Below are positions 39,156-49,647 of a stretch of DNA of 64,000 bases, one piece after another (position 1 is the stretch's first letter; every line of letters begins with the position of its first letter). The translations under genes and the position numbers were made by a program. Under the pieces are notes generated by a model. The model did not search any database. It had not been told where the DNA came from and saw nothing but the letters and a program-made list of their open reading frames with translations. Origin of the DNA: Clostridia bacterium (GTDB lineage Bacteria > Bacillota > Clostridia > Acetivibrionales > JAFADI01); assembly GCA_026418695.1 (NCBI GenBank), contig JAOAAU010000148.1:16354-80353 (forward strand), given 5' to 3'.

Positions 39156-40505
39156 TTACTTAGCTGCTCTCGCTGCCTTCCAAGCCTTATTCATATCGTC
39201 CATCATTTTATTCATATCTTTTCCAAGCAACAATTCCTGTCCCATTTTCTTAAAGTTGAACTTCGTTGCATTCTGGAGCTTAATAAAGTCATCATTTCCT
39301 GCATCATAAACAACAGCTTCATATTTCTGGGCGTCTAGTGCTTCCTGCATTACTGCTGGAATTTCTGTCTTCAGGTCTTTCACTGTAGAAACAAGCGCTC
39401 TGTCCTTCATGTAAGGAAGATACCAATCCTTGCCGAAATACCAGGACAAGAATTCTTTTGCTGTTTCAATATTTTTGCTGTCCTTAGGTGTTGCCCAGAA
39501 ACCATCCACCATAACAATGGTTCTGAAAGGATCTTCCGCCTTGTCTCCAATAGGGAGCAAGAATGTGCCGACATCACTGAAATCGCCTTTGAGCTGATTA
39601 TTGATTTCGGAGTAGAACCATGCACCGAAAGCTGCCATTGCACCCTTCTTAGGCCCAAACATTACTTTCATCTGATCATTGCCGGCACCTAACAGGCTCT
39701 TATCCAATACTTTTTCATCAATCAGTTGCTTGTATTTTGCAAAAGCCTGATAGTAAGGTCCATCTTTTCCGAATGGTTCGTCCTGGGTAGCCATCTTGTT
39801 CCAGAGTGCCCCGTCATTCGCGATCAAAGCAGGCATAAATTCTGTGAACGGATAGTTGGTCCAGTCATCCTTCTGGCCCATAAGCAGCGGCACATATTTG
39901 CCGCTGGCCTTAATCTTCTTGCCCACTTCGACAAATTCAGGCCATGTCTTTGGAACTGAGAGGTTCAATTCCTTGAATACGCTCTTTCTGTACCATACGA
40001 ATTCATTAAAAGAACACTCAGGCACGCCCATGATTTTTCCATCCATTGCGTAGCTTTTCGCATAGAGGTTATTCTTAGCAAAATCCGTATCATCCAGGGG
40101 AAGTAAAATATCTTTATACAATGAAAGCTGGTAAGGCTTCAAGCCGAAAACATCCGGCAATTCATTGGCAGCCTTCCTTATTTTCATTGCGTTCTCAAAG
40201 TCTGTGGAATCCTTGAATTTTTCAATTTCAAGATCAATATTCTTTGCCTTTTTCACAGATTCAACAATGTTCAGCTTCTTATAGGTAGCGTCCTGTTCGG
40301 AGGAGAACATTGCCATCTTCAGCTTTTTGGACTCAGCCTTTTTAGGTTCTTCCTTCTTGGGCTCTTCCTTTTTCGGTTCTTCTGTCTTTGCAGCTGCATC
40401 CTGCTTCGGAGCTTCTTTCTGTCCACAGCCAATCAATCCTATTGTCATCACAAATACCAATGCCAACATCAAGCAAAGAGTTCTGGTTAATGACCGCTTC
40501 ATCAT
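39156..40505 (-). CDS. ABC transporter extracellular solute-binding lipoprotein (sugar)
   Basis: Lipobox LIGC, an EEPKK-repeat linker, and an SBP family 1-like body. Confidence 0.9.
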   Translation of the reverse strand: MMKRSLTRTLCLMLALVFVMTIGLIGCGQKEAPKQDAAAKTEEPKKEEPKKEEPKKAESKKLKMAMFSSEQDATYKKLNIVESVKKAKNIDLEIEKFKDSTDFENAMKIRKAANELPDVFGLKPYQLSLYKDILLPLDDTDFAKNNLYAKSYAMDGKIMGVPECSFNEFVWYRKSVFKELNLSVPKTWPEFVEVGKKIKASGKYVPLLMGQKDDWTNYPFTEFMPALIANDGALWNKMATQDEPFGKDGPYYQAFAKYKQLIDEKVLDKSLLGAGNDQMKVMFGPKKGAMAAFGAWFYSEINNQLKGDFSDVGTFLLPIGDKAEDPFRTIVMVDGFWATPKDSKNIETAKEFLSWYFGKDWYLPYMKDRALVSTVKDLKTEIPAVMQEALDAQKYEAVVYDAGNDDFIKLQNATKFNFKKMGQELLLGKDMNKMMDDMNKAWKAARAAK

Positions 40506-40804
40506 TTTTAATTCCCCCTCATTCTTTTTGTTTATTCCAAAAGGACCCGCGGAGTCTCTTTAAGACCGGAAACAGAGTAATCGGCTTAAATTTCTTTGCT
40601 TTTCATTCCCTGTTTTCTATATTTTGATTATAGTCTTAAAAGAGACATGATTTAATGATTGATTTTTCGATTTCTTGACTTTTTATTCGAAGTTAATAGA
40701 TTTCATAGAAGAAATTATCAAACAGGTTTGTACACTTTGGATCGAAGAATTCGTTTATACTGTATCCAATGAATTGAATTCAAATGGTTTTTTGCATACT
40801 TATT

Positions 40805-42412
40805 CTAAGCTTTTTTGAAGCTGTTGGGGCTGAAACCGGTTACTTTTTTAAAAACCCTGCTGAAGTGTTCTACATTCGCATACCCTACCTTCCCGCAAAT
40901 CTCATAGACTTTGAGGCTTGTCGTCGCCATCAGGTGTTTTGCTGTTTCAATTCTTAAGCTGGTAATGTAATCTGTAAAGGTCATTCCTGTATTCTTTGCA
41001 AATATAAAGCTGAAATGGCTTTCGCTCAAACCTACATATTCACTGACCATTTTCAAGGTAATATTGCTGCTGTAGTTATTCTTAATGAACTCCTGCGCTC
41101 TTAGTATTGCCCTGTTCAGCTTCATATCCCTGTTATCCTGAAGATAATTGACAATCCAGGAGGTAATATTCCGCATCCACACATTGATCTCTTCCAAAGT
41201 TTCAAACTTGGTGATTTTCTCGTAAAAATCCACTTCTTTTCCGAATATTCCTACAACATCTTCACCAATGTCATTCAGGAATTTCAGCATCACAAAGATC
41301 AACTCCATATAGTACGGATAAATCTTGTCGATACGGCTTACCTTGTTGCACATAATGATATCCAGTAGTTTTTCAAGTTCTTTTTGTGTCCGATCCTTGT
41401 CCGACTCCTTTAATGCAAGAATGAAGCTTTCCTCTTTTCCGATAATCCCTTCTCCATCAATACCGGTGATTCCAATATTATCCTCCGGAAAAATAATCCT
41501 TCCCTTCCCGAGGATGAATCTTAGATGGGCATGGGATTCCGCTTCGCGGTACAGTTCTTTTATGCTTTCAAAACCGCTTTTGATGCTGCTGACACCAATG
41601 GAGACATTGACATTCACATAGTTCGAAAGAGAATGCTTGATTTTCCCCAGCAAATCAACGACCTTACTGCGGATGGTTGCCTGGCTTGTACTTCCGAATG
41701 AAAGAAAGACTGCATACTCCTGCGGAGACAACGAGACAGCTTCCCCAAGTCCAATATCATTCAACACTTGGTAAATAGCGTTATTAACCGAGGCGATAAA
41801 GGATTTCAAGCTATTCTTGTCATATCGTTCAAAAACAAGCTGATAATCGTCCACCCATAAAAAGCAAACAGCCATATTATTCTTTGATATTCTCAAGCCA
41901 AGACTATGAACCCCTGCTTCTGTTTCCACGAAGTTGATTGATTCCAGTAAATCTCTCAAGAATTTGTCTTTTAGGTATTTTACATCTGAATTTATAGGAA
42001 CGCTGTTTTTTAGCCGTTCACTTTCCCTTCCCTTTTCAATCTGAGCAGCAATATTTTTGAGCAGTTTCAAGATATTTTCCGGTTCCATATCTGTCTTTAA
42101 GATGTAATCTTCCGCCCCGAATTTAAAGGACTGTCTTACAAGATCATAGTCATTATAGGCACTTAATACGATGATCCTCGGGGCCATATCCATGGATTTA
42201 ATTGCAGAAATCAGTTCAAGACCGTTCATCACAGGCATATTGATATCCGTGATGACGATATCCACATCAGGATTTTCCTCAAGCAGCTTCATTGCCTGTT
42301 TACCGTTTGATGCCTCCAGTTCCATGTTAAAGCCGCAGTACTCCCAGTTCACAAGAGACTTGATCGCCAGACGTACTATAGGTTCATCATCAACGACCAT
42401 CACCTTATACAT
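40805..42412 (-). CDS. Response regulator with AraC-type HTH output (YesN-like)
   Basis: REC domain MYKVMVVDDEP...DINMP and a C-terminal AraC HTH. Confidence 0.9.
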   Translation of the reverse strand: MYKVMVVDDEPIVRLAIKSLVNWEYCGFNMELEASNGKQAMKLLEENPDVDIVITDINMPVMNGLELISAIKSMDMAPRIIVLSAYNDYDLVRQSFKFGAEDYILKTDMEPENILKLLKNIAAQIEKGRESERLKNSVPINSDVKYLKDKFLRDLLESINFVETEAGVHSLGLRISKNNMAVCFLWVDDYQLVFERYDKNSLKSFIASVNNAIYQVLNDIGLGEAVSLSPQEYAVFLSFGSTSQATIRSKVVDLLGKIKHSLSNYVNVNVSIGVSSIKSGFESIKELYREAESHAHLRFILGKGRIIFPEDNIGITGIDGEGIIGKEESFILALKESDKDRTQKELEKLLDIIMCNKVSRIDKIYPYYMELIFVMLKFLNDIGEDVVGIFGKEVDFYEKITKFETLEEINVWMRNITSWIVNYLQDNRDMKLNRAILRAQEFIKNNYSSNITLKMVSEYVGLSESHFSFIFAKNTGMTFTDYITSLRIETAKHLMATTSLKVYEICGKVGYANVEHFSRVFKKVTGFSPNSFKKA

Positions 42413-44204
42413 TGACCTTCTCCTCCTGGTTTTCTTTAATCATCGGAAGCAAAATCCTGACCTTTGTAAACTCTCCCAAAGCACTATCAATTCTCAGGCC
42501 GTATTTTTCCCCATGATTCAGCTTGATTCTTCTGTCAACATTCCATATTCCGATACTGCTAAAGCCTCTGGGATTTTTAAAATCTTCCGATAACAATCTT
42601 TCTACCTGTTCTTCAGACATTCCATGTCCATTATCCAGGATTTCAAATTGAATGTCCCCTTCATCACTGCAGCCCTTGATCGAGATAATTCCCTTCTCCT
42701 CTATTTCACTAACACCATGAGTGATGGCATTTTCAAGGATTGGCTGCAGTACCAGCTTTAATATACAACAGCTTTTTATATCTTCACTCACATTGAATTC
42801 CACATCGAACTTATCCCCATACCGTACTTTCATGATATAGACATAGTTTTTCAAATTCTCTATTTCTCTTTCAACGGTCGTCATTGTCCCACCTTTGCCG
42901 AAGGATTCGGTCAAAAGCTTCATAAAAGCCTCAGTAATGTTTTTTATACTGTCCACCTTGGCGATCATCGCCATCAATCGGATGGAATTCAAGGTATTGG
43001 AGATGAAGTGGGGATTGATTTGGGACTGCAAAGCCTCGATTTCAGCTTTGCTTCTTTGCCTCTCCTTCAAATCCCTTTCTTTGATCAGATTCCTTATTTC
43101 CAATACCATCTTATTGAACGCCCTTCCAAGAGCCTGAATTTCCCCGTCTCCTCCAATATCAGCGCTGGCGTTCAAGTCTCCCTTCTCTACCCTTTTCATA
43201 TTTTTTACAAGACTATTCATAGGATTTAGTATTCCCCTGAAGAAAAGAACAGAAAATGCAATAAACAGAATGATAATGAATGAAGAGATAATAATGACAT
43301 AGGTCAGGGTTTTATTGATCTCCCGGGTCAGCTGACCATAACTTAAGAGGTTTACAATCTTCCAGCCGGTTTTTTTCACCGTGTAGGTAGTGATAAACAT
43401 CTTCTTGCCGCTGACGGTTTCCGTATAGGAGCTGTTATTGCTGGTAAAGGCTTTTTTCAAGTATCCGAACTCCTCTATCCCTTTTCCCAGAAGTTCTTTG
43501 TTCTTTGTGACCATCACCTTGCCCTGATCGTCGAGAATAATCATTTCTCCCAAACGGTTAATTTGATACTCCGAATAGATACTATCAAAAATATTCGTCT
43601 TAAACGCTACATAGACAGCCTCAACATCATTGATGTTCACCGGTGCATTCGGTGATACGGATAAGGACATGACATACTTGCTGTTCAGGTTATAGAAAAA
43701 GCTGCTGATGCTCCCGTGAACAACCGGCTTTCCATTGGCTTCCATGGTCTTTTTGTACCAATCCATTTTTCTTATTTTTTCTTCCTCTACGGTAGGATAG
43801 GTTTTGTAAAAATAGTTCCCTCCATTCCGAAAGAAAAAAGCAACCTCTTCAACATCACTCCTATAGTTAAACAAGTAGCTGAGTTTCAAGACAATCTGCC
43901 TGGATATTTCAAATTTTTGACTCTGTTCCTCCGCTCTGTTCCACTGTGTGGCAAGCTCGAGGATCTCATAATCATTGGCATCAGTGATGGTCGCCTGAGT
44001 TAGCACCAGGTTGGTCACTTCATTTTCAATGCCAGTAGAAATCTGCTCCATGGATTGTTTGACTTGGTCCGATGAATTTTTCAGCAGGATACTGATATAG
44101 ATATTGTTCACCACTATACTAATAATGAAGATGGGCAATACAAGTATCAATATGAATACTTTCAGGTATTTATAGGCAATACTGTCTTTTCTAAACATAT
44201 CCAT
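42405..44204 (-). CDS. Sensor histidine kinase (YesM-like; HAMP plus His_kinase plus HATPase_c)
   Basis: Two TM helices flank a large extracellular domain. QINPHFISNTLNSI H-box. 8-nt overlap with the response regulator gene. Confidence 0.9.
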   Translation of the reverse strand: MDMFRKDSIAYKYLKVFILILVLPIFIISIVVNNIYISILLKNSSDQVKQSMEQISTGIENEVTNLVLTQATITDANDYEILELATQWNRAEEQSQKFEISRQIVLKLSYLFNYRSDVEEVAFFFRNGGNYFYKTYPTVEEEKIRKMDWYKKTMEANGKPVVHGSISSFFYNLNSKYVMSLSVSPNAPVNINDVEAVYVAFKTNIFDSIYSEYQINRLGEMIILDDQGKVMVTKNKELLGKGIEEFGYLKKAFTSNNSSYTETVSGKKMFITTYTVKKTGWKIVNLLSYGQLTREINKTLTYVIIISSFIIILFIAFSVLFFRGILNPMNSLVKNMKRVEKGDLNASADIGGDGEIQALGRAFNKMVLEIRNLIKERDLKERQRSKAEIEALQSQINPHFISNTLNSIRLMAMIAKVDSIKNITEAFMKLLTESFGKGGTMTTVEREIENLKNYVYIMKVRYGDKFDVEFNVSEDIKSCCILKLVLQPILENAITHGVSEIEEKGIISIKGCSDEGDIQFEILDNGHGMSEEQVERLLSEDFKNPRGFSSIGIWNVDRRIKLNHGEKYGLRIDSALGEFTKVRILLPMIKENQEEKVNV

Positions 44205-44268
44205 CCCCTAAACACATTTTGTAAACCTGCTGCTATAAAATAAGTTCGATGTAATTACTTCATTTCCT

Positions 44269-45003
44269 TCAATGTAATAAAATATTGTTGATAAACAGCA
44301 GGAAGCCGCTGACTATTAAAAGCCCTATGGTTGCCATTCGAACCATATCCTTCTTGAGTTTTGAATCAAGCTTTACACCGAGACACATGCCTAAAGCAGC
44401 TGCTGGGGCAAGAATCATTGAGAATTTGACAACCTCCCAGCTTATCAGTCCGACTGAAGAATAATAAACCAGTCTAAATAGGTTGTCTACCAAAAACACA
44501 CAGCAAAGATTAGCCCTGAACTCGCTGTGGTTTGCGGTCGTTCGGTTGATATATGCAACCAATGGGGCCCCAATACCGTACATCCCTGCTAAAGCTCCTG
44601 AAATAATCCCAATGGTCATGAGCAGGACCGGATTACTTTTTGTTTTTAAGTGTTGGGAAGGCCTGCGCAACAACATTTCCATTCCAATGCCTATGATTAC
44701 AATTCCCAGAAAAGCCTTGAGACCACAATCATTTCCGCCTTTTAAAATTAAAGTTCCCGGAATTGCACCTGCAACAAGCAGGATGGAAATTGGTAATATC
44801 AATTTGAGTTTAATGCTTTTTCGTTCTCGGCAAACCATGTAAGCATTGGTCGGAAGGCTGAATATCAGGTCAATGGGAGTCGTAAGCCTGTTTGGTACCG
44901 CAAAGGAAAAAAGGGAAGCCATTACCAGGGTATTCCCAAACCCGGTAATGGCTTTCACCCCATAAGCAAGAACAGTAATCAGGAAAAGACAGATGAGTAT
45001 CAC
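44269..45003 (-). CDS. TauE/SafE-family anion permease
   Basis: 244 aa polytopic protein. AITGFGNTLV and GALAGMYGIGAPL are typical of TauE/SafE. Its GTG start overlaps the GH42 TGA stop (GTGA). Confidence 0.8.
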   Translation of the reverse strand: MILICLFLITVLAYGVKAITGFGNTLVMASLFSFAVPNRLTTPIDLIFSLPTNAYMVCRERKSIKLKLILPISILLVAGAIPGTLILKGGNDCGLKAFLGIVIIGIGMEMLLRRPSQHLKTKSNPVLLMTIGIISGALAGMYGIGAPLVAYINRTTANHSEFRANLCCVFLVDNLFRLVYYSSVGLISWEVVKFSMILAPAAALGMCLGVKLDSKLKKDMVRMATIGLLIVSGFLLFINNILLH

Positions 45004-47057
45004 TGTTTTTCAGTCCGTTCCATGATGATAACCCCTTTTGCTTCCAAGCTGATCTGACCACGGATGTCTCTTTGTGTCAAGAGGTCCAAACCATCCAAAT
45101 CTCCAAGGTTGATATTCACAGCATGGTTGTTGTGGTTCAGCAGGAATGTAAAAGACTTCTCCTCCTTGAACCGCTGTGTTACTTCTACTCCTTCCGGCGC
45201 TTCTACGGGAGCCTTGATAGCGGCATTATCACAGATATACTTCATCAAGTTTTTAATGAAGCTTTCTTCTGGGTCCGAGGAAATATAATAAGCCTTTCCC
45301 TTTTCAACTTCATTTTCTGTCAGTGCAGGCATTCCGGCATAGAAATCACTTCCGAATACCGCCAAAGCCTTTGCACCTTCCAGATGGATAAGGTCACAAA
45401 GCATACGGCAGGAATATTCTCCCTGCAGATCTCCAACAGGCTCCTTCATGACGATCTGATTCTTCATATCCTGAAGCAGAGCATCAATTTCTTCAGACCA
45501 AATCCCTAATGTTTTTCTTAGTTCTCCGGGATACCCACCCAGAGTAACCAGATCATTTTCATTAACGATACCGCTAAAGAAGGTTGTTACGAAAACCCCT
45601 CCGTTTTTGACGAAATTTTCAATGCTCTTAGCCACGCCGGGTTTGATCATATAAAGAACCGGTGCAACCACCAATTTATATTTTGAAAAATCTGCATTCG
45701 GTTTTACCATATCCACAGAAATGTTCATATCATGGAAGGCCTTGTAATACTTCTCTACCTGTTCCACATACTTCAACTCCCGGCTGGGCCCACTGGAGAA
45801 CTCTACTGCCCACCAATTGTCCCAGTCAAATACAATGGCAACTTTGGAATCCAGTCTGGAATCCAGGATTTTATCCCCCAAAGCAGCCAGTTCTTTTCCC
45901 AGTTGCGCACATTCTCTGAAAACCCGGGTATTTTCATGGCCGGCATGTTCGATCAGTGCACCGTGGTATTTCTCGCACGCACCAAAAGAGCGTCGGAGTT
46001 GGAAAAACATGATGGTATCCGCTCCGTGAGCAATGGATTGGTAACTCCAGAGCCTCATGACTCCAGGCCTTTTTAAGCTGTTGTAAGGCTGCCAGTTCTG
46101 CTGGCTTGGAGTCTGTTCCATGAGCATGAAGGATTGACCATCCTTTAACCCTCTCATGAGATCATGTCTCATGGCAATATTGCTTTCCGGCTCCTTCATG
46201 GCCGGATAGTTATCCCATGAAACGACATCCAGGTGCTCCGCCCATTTGAAGTAATCAAAAGGCTTGAAGGTTCCCATCAGGTTCGTGGTAATGGGGATAT
46301 CCGGAGTAACAGCCTTGATGACGGCATACTCTCTTTTATAGCATTCAAGGCTTGAATCCGACATAAAGCGGTTATAGTCCAGTGAGATTCCCTGAAAGCA
46401 AGTAAAGTCCCTTGGATAGCCTAAGAATACATCCCGGCCCATCTCATTCAGATAGGAAGGCGGGACGATTTCATCCCATTCATAGACGGTATGCCCCCAG
46501 AAGTTCATATTCCAAACCCGGTTCAATTCTTCGATGGTGCCATATCTGGCTTTTAACCAGTTCCTGAATTCCTCGGCACAGTGTTCGCAGTAGCAGTAGG
46601 TTCCATACTCGTTTGCGACGTGCCACACAGCAAGAGCAGGATGTTCCTTGTATCTGATCGCCATTTTCTCAGCCAATGCGGTTGAGAATTTCCTGTAAAC
46701 CTTGCTATTAGGACAGAAATTCACCCTGGCACCGTGGGCGCGTTTTCTTCCTTCCACATCTACAGGAAGAATCTCAGGATATTTTTTAGACATCCAAGCC
46801 GGCTGTGCAGCGGTTGAAGTCGCCAGACAAACAGAGATTCCATTGTCCCGGGCTAAATCCATCACCTTATCCAGCCATCCGAAATCATAAGTATCTTCAG
46901 AGGGCTGCAGCTTTGCCCAACTGAATACCGGTACCGTAATGATGTTGACACCCGCCAGCTTAAACAGGCGCATATCCTCCTGCCATATTTCTTCCGGCCA
47001 TTGGTCCGGATTATAATCGCCACCGTAGAAAAATACAGGTCTTTTTGAGTTTATCAT
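45000..47057 (-). CDS. Beta-galactosidase, glycoside hydrolase family 42
   Basis: 685 aa. FYGGDYNPDQWPEE start and WHVANEYG catalytic region. Confidence 0.92.
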   Translation of the reverse strand: MINSKRPVFFYGGDYNPDQWPEEIWQEDMRLFKLAGVNIITVPVFSWAKLQPSEDTYDFGWLDKVMDLARDNGISVCLATSTAAQPAWMSKKYPEILPVDVEGRKRAHGARVNFCPNSKVYRKFSTALAEKMAIRYKEHPALAVWHVANEYGTYCYCEHCAEEFRNWLKARYGTIEELNRVWNMNFWGHTVYEWDEIVPPSYLNEMGRDVFLGYPRDFTCFQGISLDYNRFMSDSSLECYKREYAVIKAVTPDIPITTNLMGTFKPFDYFKWAEHLDVVSWDNYPAMKEPESNIAMRHDLMRGLKDGQSFMLMEQTPSQQNWQPYNSLKRPGVMRLWSYQSIAHGADTIMFFQLRRSFGACEKYHGALIEHAGHENTRVFRECAQLGKELAALGDKILDSRLDSKVAIVFDWDNWWAVEFSSGPSRELKYVEQVEKYYKAFHDMNISVDMVKPNADFSKYKLVVAPVLYMIKPGVAKSIENFVKNGGVFVTTFFSGIVNENDLVTLGGYPGELRKTLGIWSEEIDALLQDMKNQIVMKEPVGDLQGEYSCRMLCDLIHLEGAKALAVFGSDFYAGMPALTENEVEKGKAYYISSDPEESFIKNLMKYICDNAAIKAPVEAPEGVEVTQRFKEEKSFTFLLNHNNHAVNINLGDLDGLDLLTQRDIRGQISLEAKGVIIMERTEKQ

Positions 47058-47184
47058 CTTATTGCCCCCTTGAAATCAAGTTCAATCGTTGTATAATTAT
47101 ATTAATATAGTAAATCTATTTTTCTCCAGATTCAATCAGATAATATTATTATGTATATAACTATATTAACATAGGAGTTCATAC

Positions 47185-48021
47185 ATGGATCGGATTCTAT
47201 TTCCGCTACTAACGGAAGAAGATAAAAAACTGCCTTTTATTTTGAAGAGTGTGGGGGTTAGAGGGAATCAGGAGCATATTGTCAGGCCTGAAGGATATCC
47301 GGATTATCATTGGCTTCACTGCGCAAAAGGAAAAGGCAATCTCAGAATCGCTGAAAAAGAATATGTTATTATTGAAGGCACAGGTTTCTTTCTGGTCCCT
47401 GCTGTTCCCCATGAATATTTCGCAACCGAAGAACCTTGGGAAACCCACTGGATCACTTTTGAAGGACATGCGGCATCTTCTGTTTTAGAAATTTTGAATT
47501 TAAACAATTGGGGTGTTTATCATCTCAATAACAGGCATACCCTGGAAAGAACTCTTGAAAATATTTATCATTCCGGGAAATCCAGAAACATCTCCAGGAG
47601 CCTTGACTGCTCCGTACTGCTTTATCAGCTTCTTGTACAACTGAAGCATTGCATTTCTACGGACACCAGCCGCTCAAAGCCTGCAGGTCAGTACCAGCTT
47701 CAACCCGTGATTCAGTATATCGAAGAGAACTTCAGCAAAAGTATTTCTCTGGATGAAATGGCTCAGGTGATCTCTGTCACTCCACAGCATTTATGCCGTT
47801 TGTTCAAGCAAAGCCATGGAACAAGACCTTTTGATTACCTGACCCGCTACAGGCTTCAAAAAGCAAAGGAGCTGCTCATCAGCCCAGCAGCTCCTTCAGT
47901 AAAAAGCGTCAGTATGGAAGTCGGATATAACGACACTAGTTATTTTTGTTCTATATTCAAGGAATACGAGGGGATTACTCCCACAGAATTCAGAAACATG
48001 TACTGCAGCATTCAGCCTTGA
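47185..48021 (+). CDS. AraC-family transcriptional regulator (cupin sensor plus HTH)
   Basis: 278 aa. Divergent from the GH42 gene. Confidence 0.85.
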   Translation: MDRILFPLLTEEDKKLPFILKSVGVRGNQEHIVRPEGYPDYHWLHCAKGKGNLRIAEKEYVIIEGTGFFLVPAVPHEYFATEEPWETHWITFEGHAASSVLEILNLNNWGVYHLNNRHTLERTLENIYHSGKSRNISRSLDCSVLLYQLLVQLKHCISTDTSRSKPAGQYQLQPVIQYIEENFSKSISLDEMAQVISVTPQHLCRLFKQSHGTRPFDYLTRYRLQKAKELLISPAAPSVKSVSMEVGYNDTSYFCSIFKEYEGITPTEFRNMYCSIQP

Positions 48022-48066
48022 TTTCTCATTGCGATAAAGAGTTATTCTCAGATTAGAACAGGCCTG

Positions 48067-48954
48067 TCAATACTTCTTCCCAATGGTTTCGCCTGCCAGG
48101 ACCCTGGTCTCAAACCCCAGGTTGGTCTGTTCGAGGATGCTTTGATCCAGTTTGACCGTTCCTTTTTCAAAGAAAAGGATAACGGTAGAGCCTCCAAACT
48201 TGAAGTATCCCTTCTCTTCCCCTTTTTTTACAGGAATCCCGGGCTTGTAGGTTTGCACGATGGACCCGACGGAGGTTGCCCCTACTTCCATGTAAAGGAC
48301 ATCTCCAAAGTTTTCAGATTTTAAAACGCTATACTCGCGTTTGTTTTGACAGAATACCTTCGTGATTGAACTTAACGCAACAGGATTGACGGAATAATAG
48401 CAGCCGTTGATCTTTTTAGATTCCGTGCAAACGCCGTGATCCAGAAAATGAAAGCGGTGATAATCCACCGGAGCTAGCCTTAGGATAAGACAGGTTCCTT
48501 CCTTGTATTTGGCCGCCAGCGGATCATTCAATAAAAGCTCGCGAAGAGAATATTCCATCCCTTTAACCTGTACAAGTTTATTGATATCGATATTTGTCCA
48601 TGCAGAAAGTCTTCCGTCTCCCGGAGCTGGCAATAAATCGGGGTCCGCATCAAACACACGTGCTTCCGGCTTTAATTTTCTGATAAAGAATTCGTTAAAG
48701 CTTTTAAAATCCACTGCCTGCTGGATGCTTTCGGACATATTGATGTTAAAATCTTCAATGAAGGATTTGATCTTTTTTGCGCTGACCCCCATATCACAAA
48801 GGATACCAGTAAGCGCGGAATATGCCTTTCTTTTCACCAGCAGCTCAAGGCCCACCTTTCCTATTGGAGAGTTATAAAGGGCATTGAGGACTGTTCCTCC
48901 TGCAACCTTTTCTATTTCATACTGTTGTGTTTTTCGATTGTATATTTTGATCAT
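48067..48954 (-). CDS. psd: Phosphatidylserine decarboxylase proenzyme
   Basis: Self-cleavage region FKFGGSTVILFF (GST motif). Start placed at ATG 48954 (AAAGGGG, 6 nt). Confidence 0.88.
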   Translation of the reverse strand: MIKIYNRKTQQYEIEKVAGGTVLNALYNSPIGKVGLELLVKRKAYSALTGILCDMGVSAKKIKSFIEDFNINMSESIQQAVDFKSFNEFFIRKLKPEARVFDADPDLLPAPGDGRLSAWTNIDINKLVQVKGMEYSLRELLLNDPLAAKYKEGTCLILRLAPVDYHRFHFLDHGVCTESKKINGCYYSVNPVALSSITKVFCQNKREYSVLKSENFGDVLYMEVGATSVGSIVQTYKPGIPVKKGEEKGYFKFGGSTVILFFEKGTVKLDQSILEQTNLGFETRVLAGETIGKKY

Positions 48955-49065
48955 TCCATACCCCTTTAAACCGATTCTATTGGTTGGTATCTCTGTAACA
49001 GCAGCATCTTGCTCATACAATTACATATTTAATAATACGTTAAGAGACAATGACCTGCAATAGGA

Positions 49066-49111
49066 CAAACAAAAAATGAGGAAGAATCAATGATTGATCC
49101 TCCCTCATTTT
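49066..49111 (-). terminator. Intrinsic terminator of the PNPOx-like gene
   Basis: 17/19-bp stem AAAATGAGGAAGAATCAAT / ATTGATCCTCCCTCATTTT, followed on the minus strand by TTTTTTGTTTG. Confidence 0.6.
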
Positions 49112-49125
49112 ACTTGAAATAATTT

Positions 49126-49557
49126 TTAGAACTTAATACTTTCTACTTCACTTTCCCTGGTATTCACTTCCATGGTCCAGAAGTAAGCTTCCCCATGGGG
49201 AATTCTGAATATTGCCAGCATGTTGGCTGCACTTGCTGAAACAACTCCTTCCAGAAACTTTCTTTCTTCAACAAGCTTTTTCTCAAGTGCTGCATCCTTA
49301 ACGAATTCAACCTTACCCGCAACTCTCAACATCTTACCAGCAGGTGCTGCCTGAGGATCGAAAAAGCAGATCTCCACGTTAGGATTTTCCACCATCTGCT
49401 TGAAAAGTCTCTTCATGGTGCCTGTGTGAAAATAAAAACCGGTTTCATCCGCATACCACATCCACATTCCGCGAACCCTCGGCTGGCTGCCTTCGGTTGT
49501 TGTCAGATAGCTGGTCTTATGGCTGTTTGCGAATTCAATGACTTCTTTCATACTCAT
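49126..49557 (-). CDS. Pyridoxamine 5'-phosphate oxidase-family (FMN-binding split barrel) protein
   Basis: About 143 aa. PRVRGMWMW...FYFHT is typical of the general-stress-protein-26-like PNPOx fold. Start at ATG 49557 (GGAGGG, 7 nt). Confidence 0.7.
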   Translation of the reverse strand: MSMKEVIEFANSHKTSYLTTTEGSQPRVRGMWMWYADETGFYFHTGTMKRLFKQMVENPNVEICFFDPQAAPAGKMLRVAGKVEFVKDAALEKKLVEERKFLEGVVSASAANMLAIFRIPHGEAYFWTMEVNTRESEVESIKF

Positions 49558-49647
49558 CTTTGATCCCTCCAAAACGTCTTTTTACGATTATAGGTCAAAG
49601 AAGCCTGGAAGTCTTTCAAGATTTAATGCATTATTTTAGAAATCCGA

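Noticed and set aside
40323-40382. Nucleotide-level tandem repeat encoding EEPKK EEPKK EEPKK in the solute-binding lipoprotein.
   Set aside because: This is a typical low-complexity linker following the lipobox Cys. It is not an independent repeat element.
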